Part shown: positions 7,901-15,681 of the stretch, one piece after another
Layout: the number at the start of each line of letters is the position of its first letter
Numbering within the stretch: position 1 is the first letter of the stretch
IMG/VR virus record: IMGVR_UViG_3300023281_001028
Location: 1 to 31,530 of that record
Direction: 5' to 3' (one strand)
Length of the DNA: 31,530 nucleotides
Source of the DNA: a virus
Taxonomy: Duplodnaviria; Caudoviricetes
Program-made: the position numbers and the translations under genes
Notes under the pieces: model-generated
Databases searched by the model: none
Seen by the model: only the letters and a program-made list of their open reading frames with translations
What the model was told of the DNA's origin: nothing

Positions 7901-10900
7901 GCGCCACTTTTGACCATCAGTGACGGCACGGGGGCGCTCACCCAGTTCCCCCCGCCCCACCTTCACCCCGAACCGCTTGCCCAGCTTGTTGGCTGCGTTG
8001 ACCAGGATCCCGCCCTTGCCCTTTTGAGGGGGGTCGTAGAAGGCTTCCATTCCTTCCTTGCGGGGAAGGGACGTGCCCGCGTCCTCGGTCTGCATCCGGG
8101 CCCAGACGCGCTTCGCCACCTTCGTAGGATCTGCTGATTGCTCACGGGTGAGCACGCGCCTCACCACGTCGAACAAGTCCTGTTCGGTGCGGACCACAGT
8201 GCCCGTTTCCTCTTGCAGGATGCCCCGCGCACGCGCCTCGCCTTCGATGTCCACGCCACCCGCGTGCCCAGACCGCTGCTCGGTTGCAGAGACGCGCCAG
8301 TGGTCGCCCTCACGGACCCACGCAACCTCTTCTGACCCCCACCGCTTGAACTGCTGTTCCCCCGTAGTCCAGGACACGGCGTCGAACCCGTTGTCTGCTG
8401 CCCACTTGATGAGCCTCTTCAGAATGAGAGACGGCCAGGACCGTTTGAAGGGTGCGTCGGGGACGGCATTGGACTCAAAGCTGCGAGCCATGTCTCGGGC
8501 CTTCTCCATCGCGTCCACTTCGCTGTCAGCTTTCACAAACCCGAGTGACTCGCCATCTCGAAGCGCATCCCACACCTTGTTGTTTACGTGCCGCACATCC
8601 ACTTCCCCAGCGCCGTGTGCGTACCCCTTCTTCCGCCCTTCCTGAAACCAGTCTGCCTGGCCCTCTTCCATGAAGAGCACGTCTAGATATCCTTGGTCGG
8701 CAAGCTTCTTCTCGAAGTAAGGGCGGTCCTTTTCGGGGATGTGCAGCCCCTCTAGCGTGTGGATACGCCGCTCATTGAACCTGATATGTGCAATGACGTT
8801 CGGGATGTCCCCGTAGTGGCCGCCGGTGAACACCTGAGCGGCAGCCTCGTTCGAGGGGGCGTCTCGCCGACCCTCGTACCACCAACTTGGAGGAGGCAGC
8901 GTCAGCAGCAGTTCCCGGTAGTTCTCACCACCGGGTTCCTGGTAGTCGGCGTGGCGGGTGGGGGCACCACCATCTGAAAGGCGGCGGTTGTCCCCCGACG
9001 TGCGGTACTCGGTAACGAGGTCCCCGATGACCCAGTCTTCCATGTCGTCAGATGAGTAGTCCCCGGGCTCACCGCCCAAGTACTGCACTGCTTCTTCCCG
9101 CAGTTCTGCGTAACTCATTTCCCCAAGGTGAGCCTCATAGGCTTCTGGCGAGATCCCCGCTTCAGCGCCATCCCCCAGCACCGTCTCTCTCACCTCTACC
9201 GCGTTCGCTGCCAGCCACTCGAGGGTCTCCTGCTTTGTCACGTTCTTGCGGCCCTCCAGGAACTCATCCAGGCCCACCCACTTCCACTCGTCCTCGGTGA
9301 TGCCCGGGGCCTTGCGGAGGACATCCCCGAGCTGGTGGGCGGTGAACTTCTTCTGCTGCATCCCCTCCACTGCGCGAGACATGGCGGAGAACCAGGGAGG
9401 GGAGGCAGAGGCCTCGCCCGCGAAGCGGATGTCGGGGTTCCGCGGGTCAAAGGTCCCCCGGTTCCCCGTTGCACTCTTTATCTGGGTGGGGGTGAAGGCG
9501 ACCCAGGATCCGCGCGGGGAACGCGAGTCCCACATGGAATAGTCCTCGGCTAGATGCGCCCCGTCGAACCCCTCCCTGCGAAGGCGCTCCACCACCCCCT
9601 TATCGTCCAATAGAACAAATGCGTCGTTCTCCTGCCCAGCAACTCTTCGGATGTCCGCGTCAGTTGCTGGGTTCTGGATGCTCAGGTAGACGGGAAAGAG
9701 CCTGGACTCGTCGGTCGCAAACTCGCTCTCCTCTCCCGTGTCCTCGTCGTATAGCCCACCCCCGTCATGTCGTTCCGGGCTTGCGTATGACGAGGCCATG
9801 TCGGCATCGCCAAAGAAAGCGGGTGTGATGAAAGAGGTTATCGGCAGCCCGGTAGCCGTCCCGTGGTACACCACCAGCGGGTCCCCGTTCTCGTCTACTA
9901 CCTTGCTCTGCCCGAACCAGGCGTTGAACTCGGGGGAGGTGACTTCACCCGCGAAGCGGACGGCTACTTCTGCTTCGCGGGGGGCTTGGACTTGGGCTTG
10001 GCCACCGGGGTTGCCCCAGCCTTCTTGCCGGCTGTACCGGTCGAAGACCGCCTGGACCCGCGGGGCGAGAACATCTCCGACCCACCCGAGTAGATCGGGT
10101 GGTCCTTCTTCAGCAATCCGAGATCGATAATCTTCGCCATTGGGATTCTCCGTCCAGTCGTTATCGACAAGATTGCCATCCGTGCTGAAGGCACCAAGAT
10201 AAATCTTCTCGAACTGTAGTGTAGCAGCAGCCCGCTTCACCAGGGCCACAAACTCAGGGTTGCTTTCGACGGCCCCGAAGTTGACCACCCGCATGCCCAT
10301 GGGGCTCGAGATCAGGCCCGCACTGCCCGTCCCCAGGCCTGAGAGCCCGAGGGATTGCATCTCCGCGTCCACGGCATGCCACAGGGCCTGCGCCTCCTCC
10401 TCAGTGAAGGGCCTCCCGACATCCAGGTCGGTCCCGTTGGCGGCCTTCTTGGTCCCCTTCCAATGGGGGCGGTGGTAGCCGACAGCCTCCTGGTAGGTGA
10501 TCAGCCCCAACACCGAAGCGTACACGTCCAGGATCTGCCTCTGGGCCGCGTCGATCTCCGCGGGGGCACCCTTGCCCGGGGCCATGGGGACGACGCGCTG
10601 CGTTCCAGGAGACACCTGCCCCTGCCAGACACCGGGGCCGACCGCGTCCGGGTTGTCCACCAGCAAGCCAAGACGGTGGGCGAGGAGGTCGTTCCCGTTC
10701 TCGTCCACGAGGGCACGCTGCACGTCCTGCTGGAACCGAACCCGCTTCTCCCAGGTGGCGTTGTAAATACCGGGCAGAATGCCAGTCGAGACACCAGGCT
10801 GCGCTTCCCAGGAGACCTGTCCGACGTGACGGCGAAGACCGTCCTCGAAGTCGAACTTGGCCAAGGCAGTATCGTCGGCGGTGGGCTTGTGCTTGCGCGC

Positions 10901-13900
10901 TGCCTCGAGCCAGTTGCTGCGGTGCGCGGCAGCATTGTGGATGACCCGGGTCTTCTTCTTCTTGCCGTCCTTGACGATCTCCTTGAACGAGATCCAGCCC
11001 TCTTTTTGGCTGCTGTCCTCGACCCGCTTCTTCACCCCCGGGTTCTCCATTCGGGCCTTCATCGCAACCCAGATGGCAGCCTGCACCTGCTGAGGTTCCC
11101 ACCCCAGCTTCTTTGCCAGCAGGTTCAGCTCGGTCTCCATGAAGGCGTACTGCCGCTCGGTCGGGGCGTCCTTCCCATAGAAGGCTGCACGCATCATCCA
11201 CATGTCGATAGTTGCGCCCTGCCTGCCGGCGGCACCCTTGTCGATCATGCGGAGCAGGTTCACGTAGAAGTTGCCAGTCTTCTCTCCCGACCAGAATGCG
11301 TCGGTATCGTCCAGCGCCTCCTGGGCCTTCTTGTCCGCGGACCCCGTTCGCACACTGATCGGGTGCCCGGCCTGGTACTGCGCCCAAGCGCGGAGAGCGA
11401 ACGTGGTGTTGGTGTCCACCTTGGCCTGCGGCGAGTAGATGGCCAGCAGAGCAACGAACTTACGCGCCTCTGCTTTGTCCCCCCCGGTCATGCGGAGAAC
11501 AGCCTCGCTCGAGGCCTCGTACCAGAACCTGCCGGGCTTTCCCTCCATGGCCAGGACCCGCAGCCAGCGGCGAAGCTTGCCAACCGTGCCCTTCGTGTTG
11601 AACTCCGGGGGAGCGCCAAGGTACACGCCGTCGTCGGTGACCTCGTGCTTGCGAATGACGCCCGCTCGACTGTATGCGACCCGCTCCCCGCTCAGAGCAG
11701 ACTGCACTCGAGGGGCAGCCCCGGCGGTGAACTGGAGCCCACCCTCAACCACTCTCCCCCGGATGCCGGCCGGCAACCTCGAGCGGATCTCCTTCGGGTC
11801 CCCAGGCACGAACAGAGTCCCAGCCTTTTCCCCCGCGAACTGCGGAGCCCGTGGCTTCGCCGCAGCCTTCACCTCCGCTCGAGCCTCGAAGGCCGTCTGA
11901 AACAGAATCGCCGCCTGAGCCCTGGCCTGGGAGGGGCTCGAGATCCCCGCGTCCTTCCAGATGTCCTTGCCCGTGATCGACTTGACGATCTTCCGCAGGG
12001 CCTTGATCAGCTTGTCCAGCAGGGAGGGGTTCTCCTTGGCCAGAAGCTCCACGCTGGCCGCACCCTCAGGCGTCGAGAGCATCTCGAAGTAGGCCACCAA
12101 GGTCTCAGCCTGAGTCGCCAGGGCCTCTTCTTCAGCCTCGGCCTCGCTGAACCGCGCCTTGTACGCCGCTGTGCCGGCCTTTTCGTCCCCCTTGTAGTTC
12201 CGGGCCACCCAGTCCGCTTCGTGGATCCTGCGGCCTTCCAGGAGCCCCTGAGGGTCAGCCATCTTGACAGCGCCCATGAGGGTCTGGAGGCCCTCTGAGC
12301 CCTTGCCCCCCATCTCGCCGGCCACCACGTGGACCAGCTCGTGATAGGACACGTCCATCGGGTCCTCGATCTCGCTGTTGACGAAGACCTGATCCCCCAC
12401 CAGGGCGGCCTTGGCCTTCATCCCCTTCACGAACTGGACCTTCAGGCCCAGCCCCTTCATGCGCTTGGTGGTGGCCTGCTGGCCCTCGGTCTCCCCCTCC
12501 ACGACCCCGTAGGAGGCGTGGTCCTGCCCCTCAGCCGCAGCGAGAAGCTCCAGGCCACGCTCGGAGCGCCCCTTCTCCGCAGCCTGCCCGCCGGCCTTCT
12601 CCCGCAGGAACTTGTTCCGGGCCTCCCGCTCCGCCTTGACCTTCTTCCGCTCTGCGGAGGTCTTGGGGGGAGCGGACGTACTTGCGTCTGCACCAGACGC
12701 TTTTGCGTAAGTAGCGGTTTCCTCTTGACTCTCCTCCTCAGTCAACTCCTCGACCCACTCCGCGGCGGTCTTGGTCTGGTCCCCGAAGCCAATCGCCGTG
12801 GGCTCCCCAGACTCCTCGTCCAGCTTCGCCATGTTCGTGACGAACTTGAGCTTGCTCGCCTTCTGCTCCGGGGTCATCTCCGGCGCAGGCGCGACCTTCG
12901 GGTCCTTCCCCGCAGCCACAGCGGTGATCCCACCGACCACCCCCCCCTGCAGGGCAATGGTCCCCCAGAGGACGAGGTTCTCCTTCAGGGTCGTCGGGAA
13001 GGCTCCCTCCATCGACGCGAACGTCTCCGGGTCAGCCGCCGCCAGGGCCTCTCGGATCGCGCCGCCGAAGTACTCTTCGCCCGCCTCCTCGAGCAGGCCG
13101 TCCATGCCGCCCTTCTTCAGGAGATCAGCTGCGGCCTTCGCGCCCTTCTTCCCCGCCACGTGGGAGAACACCGCGTGCTGGTACGCACCCACCTTCGCCA
13201 CCCAGGGGAGGTTCTTCAGGGCAGGGCCGGACATCTCCGTGAACCACTCGATCCACACGTCCACACCGGACTCGACCATGTGGTTCGCGGCCACATCCCA
13301 GTCCTGAGCGAGAGCCACCTGCACCTGCCCAGACTCGTCCAGGCCAAGCCCGTAGTTCTTCTGGAACGCCTGCTGCTCCGCGTGAGCCATGATGCGCCCC
13401 GCACCCACGGGCGTGCGCAACATCTCGCTGGCCACCATGAGCGAAGTGCCCTGCACCCCACCCTTCAGCAGTGCTCCCGCGAACCGCTTCATTGCGCCCT
13501 CGGTCAACTGCGGGGCAAGACTCGTCGCGCTCCAGCTTGAGAACAACTTCGCCGCCTTCGGTCCGAACTTCTTCCCGATCAACTTCGCCGCCGTGGAGAG
13601 CCCTTTCCCTACGGGCCCACCCAAGGCGAACATCTCAAGCATGAACGGCACGGAGCCGGTGACGCCCTCTCCAATTCCACCCGCGACAGAGCGCGGGCGG
13701 ATCGTCCAATAGAAGTAGTCCTCGACGGCCTGGCGTTGCTCCGGGCTCCCCCCCCCGCCGGCCATCGCGTTCATAGCCTCCTCGAGCGCCTTCTTTGCGG
13801 GTCCTTCGCCCACGCCCTCCAGGAACGGGATCATGTTGACCAGCCCCGTGGGCTGCCCGTACTTGCCCCGGGTTGCCTCTTCCCAGAACCCTACCGGCTC

Positions 13901-14062
13901 GAGGTACTTGCTCCCCAGGTTGCCGATATTACTGACCGCCCTGTTGAGGGAGCTTGTCTGCGGGACCTCGGGGTCGGTGTCTCCCTCCAGGCTGGACTGC
14001 AGCCCAGACAGGTTCTTGATCGCTGCCGCGAGTGAGCTGGGGGCGGCTGGATCCTGAAGCAT
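4943..14062 (-). CDS. 3039-aa large polyvalent ejection (internal virion) protein: zincin + glycosylase-like + ART + GNAT-like + LPD38
   Basis: HELVH at 12329-12343; WY/KTGNF/TIDMW/QAAIW; VVYHGT...QIKSATGNRGTFDP; EEGQADW; C-terminal VNFNRKG, KLPLPYG, ENKTFFGGPI, VSPETLDHL (LPD38-type); follows two ejection genes. Confidence 0.88.
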   Translation of the reverse strand: MLQDPAAPSSLAAAIKNLSGLQSSLEGDTDPEVPQTSSLNRAVSNIGNLGSKYLEPVGFWEEATRGKYGQPTGLVNMIPFLEGVGEGPAKKALEEAMNAMAGGGGSPEQRQAVEDYFYWTIRPRSVAGGIGEGVTGSVPFMLEMFALGGPVGKGLSTAAKLIGKKFGPKAAKLFSSWSATSLAPQLTEGAMKRFAGALLKGGVQGTSLMVASEMLRTPVGAGRIMAHAEQQAFQKNYGLGLDESGQVQVALAQDWDVAANHMVESGVDVWIEWFTEMSGPALKNLPWVAKVGAYQHAVFSHVAGKKGAKAAADLLKKGGMDGLLEEAGEEYFGGAIREALAAADPETFASMEGAFPTTLKENLVLWGTIALQGGVVGGITAVAAGKDPKVAPAPEMTPEQKASKLKFVTNMAKLDEESGEPTAIGFGDQTKTAAEWVEELTEEESQEETATYAKASGADASTSAPPKTSAERKKVKAEREARNKFLREKAGGQAAEKGRSERGLELLAAAEGQDHASYGVVEGETEGQQATTKRMKGLGLKVQFVKGMKAKAALVGDQVFVNSEIEDPMDVSYHELVHVVAGEMGGKGSEGLQTLMGAVKMADPQGLLEGRRIHEADWVARNYKGDEKAGTAAYKARFSEAEAEEEALATQAETLVAYFEMLSTPEGAASVELLAKENPSLLDKLIKALRKIVKSITGKDIWKDAGISSPSQARAQAAILFQTAFEARAEVKAAAKPRAPQFAGEKAGTLFVPGDPKEIRSRLPAGIRGRVVEGGLQFTAGAAPRVQSALSGERVAYSRAGVIRKHEVTDDGVYLGAPPEFNTKGTVGKLRRWLRVLAMEGKPGRFWYEASSEAVLRMTGGDKAEARKFVALLAIYSPQAKVDTNTTFALRAWAQYQAGHPISVRTGSADKKAQEALDDTDAFWSGEKTGNFYVNLLRMIDKGAAGRQGATIDMWMMRAAFYGKDAPTERQYAFMETELNLLAKKLGWEPQQVQAAIWVAMKARMENPGVKKRVEDSSQKEGWISFKEIVKDGKKKKTRVIHNAAAHRSNWLEAARKHKPTADDTALAKFDFEDGLRRHVGQVSWEAQPGVSTGILPGIYNATWEKRVRFQQDVQRALVDENGNDLLAHRLGLLVDNPDAVGPGVWQGQVSPGTQRVVPMAPGKGAPAEIDAAQRQILDVYASVLGLITYQEAVGYHRPHWKGTKKAANGTDLDVGRPFTEEEAQALWHAVDAEMQSLGLSGLGTGSAGLISSPMGMRVVNFGAVESNPEFVALVKRAAATLQFEKIYLGAFSTDGNLVDNDWTENPNGEDYRSRIAEEGPPDLLGWVGDVLAPRVQAVFDRYSRQEGWGNPGGQAQVQAPREAEVAVRFAGEVTSPEFNAWFGQSKVVDENGDPLVVYHGTATGLPITSFITPAFFGDADMASSYASPERHDGGGLYDEDTGEESEFATDESRLFPVYLSIQNPATDADIRRVAGQENDAFVLLDDKGVVERLRREGFDGAHLAEDYSMWDSRSPRGSWVAFTPTQIKSATGNRGTFDPRNPDIRFAGEASASPPWFSAMSRAVEGMQQKKFTAHQLGDVLRKAPGITEDEWKWVGLDEFLEGRKNVTKQETLEWLAANAVEVRETVLGDGAEAGISPEAYEAHLGEMSYAELREEAVQYLGGEPGDYSSDDMEDWVIGDLVTEYRTSGDNRRLSDGGAPTRHADYQEPGGENYRELLLTLPPPSWWYEGRRDAPSNEAAAQVFTGGHYGDIPNVIAHIRFNERRIHTLEGLHIPEKDRPYFEKKLADQGYLDVLFMEEGQADWFQEGRKKGYAHGAGEVDVRHVNNKVWDALRDGESLGFVKADSEVDAMEKARDMARSFESNAVPDAPFKRSWPSLILKRLIKWAADNGFDAVSWTTGEQQFKRWGSEEVAWVREGDHWRVSATEQRSGHAGGVDIEGEARARGILQEETGTVVRTEQDLFDVVRRVLTREQSADPTKVAKRVWARMQTEDAGTSLPRKEGMEAFYDPPQKGKGGILVNAANKLGKRFGVKVGRGELGERPRAVTDGQKWRVMMGIDYRVDDGSILDYPSRAEAEAAIAAKPAATVPTLPLTPEMRASVVGEGFSTFAPKFAGEDIHPHRRNAGKHPRKREEGEAVPLFEALDEPPESLYETFLRKIQNEFLPVRLTMRRLREKGAKVTDDSDIEAVIVRLAGKVENLQEESERRFFEPIKKLLERYGATGDRTHDQAVQDASDLSMALHVEERNEEFAKRSYRAEEIRAAVSAAKKEITLLSNRPGTTGTDIEGLRAKVKALQKAATRLSAKQSPFDHENNPAAGMKTSEANEIIARLGKDKRLSKISSLIRTMLDEGMDRRVVSGLISAEERDHLRAIYPNYVPLRTLDVEEGPPRPRGKGFSTGGTELMRAKGRTTKADNVIMQAFAQDAHGIVRSEYNLVGVALHQLQADNPDLLPMEEVERPEGAEGWTPDQKKGPTFRYKVGGEEHIVRFRNPLLANSLNRVGLVHPSGAVKILQRVTRIIAAMNTSWDPEFIVSNLVRDLQTASITMQGDEISGIARRVVKDVPSAIRGMWEHVRNDDVNTTFGKLARRFVAAGGKVGWAHLVDAGEVQEKFTKALKEGRARAAGRHFMEFIEDANSAVENGVRIAYFGQLLKAGVSEKEAARKAKELTVNFNRKGEWGTVLNSFYMFFSAGVQGTWRTITALQTSKRVQKVAVSIAAMSMILDSINRLIAGDDDDGKNHWDKIDDWEKERNLIVMRSDGSGEYFKLPLPYGFNVFHALGTMLGAAMWGGKPKSEAVGSVTSAIWNSFSPVTENTFLQALSPTLIDPAVQIGENKTFFGGPIYPSENPFGLARPDSEKYFHSVTNISKGAAKWVNEFTGGDAVKEGKVSVSPETLDHLYMAYLGGLARLGKRITQVVSKPSEDLPWRDVPFVRRFYGEPWDGAITGDFYDNLEEIQRIDARVKLHRELGASRKAMEIRKDGRGALSLMDAGKAARKQATKLRKAARAEEDPERRRSLEERLRLLMSRFNKKYLDRTLQR
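9964..10140 (-). CDS. Overprinted 58-aa basic protein in the +1 frame inside the polyvalent gene
   Basis: GGAG-N7-ATG; MAKIIDLGLLKKDHPIYSGGSEMFSP...KPPAKQK*; all 10 Lys codons are AAG while the main frame becomes A/T-ending here. Confidence 0.7.
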   Translation of the reverse strand: MAKIIDLGLLKKDHPIYSGGSEMFSPRGSRRSSTGTAGKKAGATPVAKPKSKPPAKQK

Positions 14063-15678
14063 CAGTCCCCGCCTCGCCTACCTTCACGGCGGGCCTGCTC
14101 CATAGTCCGCACCCCCTGCGTTTGCTGACCGGGAACCGCCCACTCCTTGAGATTGTGCCGCCGCATGTAAGCCTCGATGTCCCCCACAAGATCCATCGGC
14201 ACGCCACCGGGGCGGAACTTCGCAGCTTCCTCCATGATCACCTCTCGTAGGCCAACCCCGGACTTGTACCCGTTGCGCTCGGGCATGCGCGCCTTGATCC
14301 GCCTCAGAAGCCCACGCCTGGCCCCGGCGATTCCCTTCTCTGTCCGTTCCTGGAGGGACTTGGCCTCCCTCTCGCCCTTGGACTTGACGTGTTCCAGGCG
14401 CGCACGCACCTCGGGATCCCCCGGGTCGAGCCCGAGTTCAGCCATCCCCACAGCCATGACGGTCTCCTGCCAGGCCCCCTCCAGGGCGACCCACTCCTCG
14501 AGGTAGCCCTCAGCATCGTCCTCGTGAACCTTGGCCCACTCCTCGTAGGGCAACAGAGGCTCCATCAAACCCGTCTGCAGAGAGGCGTCGATACGCTCCC
14601 ATTGCTTGGCAGCCTCCTGGTTGGCGATGTGAGATTCCATCTCTGAGCTTGCCCCGGGACGGTTGGGGATTGCCTTGAACGGCTTGCGCGTGCCCTGCTC
14701 AAGCTCCGTCCCCATCATGCCCTTGGACTCACCATCCAGGTCGTCGCCAGGCAAAATCGTGACGTTTGACTTGGTACTGAACTGCTCTTTGAGGGCCTGC
14801 ATTGCCTGCTCGGCAGTCATGTCCTTCGACTCCCAACTATTGACCAGGGACTTCATCTGTTCCGGGTCCACCGCCTCCGCGAATTCGTCCTGCTTCAGGG
14901 CGTCCCACTTGGCTACGGTCTCCTCGAACTGCTCCTCGATCTCGTGGATGTTGTCGAAGTTGTCGATATGGCCCTGCAACTCCTGGATGATCGCTGCTGA
15001 CTTTTGGTTCGGCTCGGCCTCGTTCCACTCCGCCGTCCAGTCCTTGACCTTGCGCTCGGCAGCCATGCGGTAGCCACCCTGCCGATGCTGCTTGTGCTGC
15101 GCGTCACCGATCATCTCAAGCAGGCCCTGCATGTCCCCGTTCTGGGCCATCTGCGCACCGTTCTGCGTAGAGCCGGGAGCGACCAACCCGTCGTCCTCCA
15201 ACCCCTGAAGGGTAGCGATGCTGGTCTGGGTAGACCGCGCCATGTCCTGGGCGGCCTCCTTCTGCATGACCTTCTCCTGGTCGGCCACGCTCAAGCCAGG
15301 GAAGATCTTGGCCGTGGACGGGGCCATGTTCTTCATCAGCCGCGCCATCGTCGGAGCCATCCCCGTCCCCTTGATCCCCATCATCCCGGCTACGCCGTCC
15401 GCGGCAGCACCCATAGCCATGCCGCCGGCCTCCATCCCCGTCCGGGCCATGGACTGACCCTCGGGAGTTCCGACACCAACCTGGCTCAGGGCGTTGTGCT
15501 TCTGCATCGACTCTTCTTGAGCGATCAGCTTCTTCGCCTCGCCCATCTCCATCTCGAAGATCTGCTGGCGACGGCCCTCTTCCGCGGACGCCTGGGCAGC
15601 CTTCTGCCCGGCCATCAGTCCCTGCACGAACTGATCACCTCCAGTGTTCCCCGACCGCCCTGTGATAATGATCGGCAT
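14062..15678 (-). CDS. Internal virion/ejection protein (538 aa)
   Basis: M/Q/A/E-rich, helical-looking; FVQGLMAGQ N-terminus; middle of three ejection genes; TGATG coupling. Confidence 0.7.
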   Translation of the reverse strand: MPIIITGRSGNTGGDQFVQGLMAGQKAAQASAEEGRRQQIFEMEMGEAKKLIAQEESMQKHNALSQVGVGTPEGQSMARTGMEAGGMAMGAAADGVAGMMGIKGTGMAPTMARLMKNMAPSTAKIFPGLSVADQEKVMQKEAAQDMARSTQTSIATLQGLEDDGLVAPGSTQNGAQMAQNGDMQGLLEMIGDAQHKQHRQGGYRMAAERKVKDWTAEWNEAEPNQKSAAIIQELQGHIDNFDNIHEIEEQFEETVAKWDALKQDEFAEAVDPEQMKSLVNSWESKDMTAEQAMQALKEQFSTKSNVTILPGDDLDGESKGMMGTELEQGTRKPFKAIPNRPGASSEMESHIANQEAAKQWERIDASLQTGLMEPLLPYEEWAKVHEDDAEGYLEEWVALEGAWQETVMAVGMAELGLDPGDPEVRARLEHVKSKGEREAKSLQERTEKGIAGARRGLLRRIKARMPERNGYKSGVGLREVIMEEAAKFRPGGVPMDLVGDIEAYMRRHNLKEWAVPGQQTQGVRTMEQARREGRRGGD

Positions 15679-15681
15679 GGT

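Noticed and set aside
7963-8145. Nested ORFs in modules 3 and 4 (7963-8145, 9238-9474)
   Set aside because: GTG starts, weak or no SD, and no codon-bias flip like that at 9964-10140
7712-11839. FAGE-encoding 12-mers as a DNA repeat or recombination site
   Set aside because: Third codon positions vary and flanks share little, so conservation looks protein-level; a micro-homology role is not excluded but is unsupported
12457-12693. Second nested +1-frame ORF (MQTQVRP...)
   Set aside because: GTG start without a suitably spaced SD; R/P/S-rich composition typical of an off-frame read
13472-13483. KRFAGA in the polyprotein N-terminus (and QFAGP in the 204-aa protein) as extra junction sites
   Set aside because: They lack the Glu and lie in G/A-rich segments, not at evident domain boundaries
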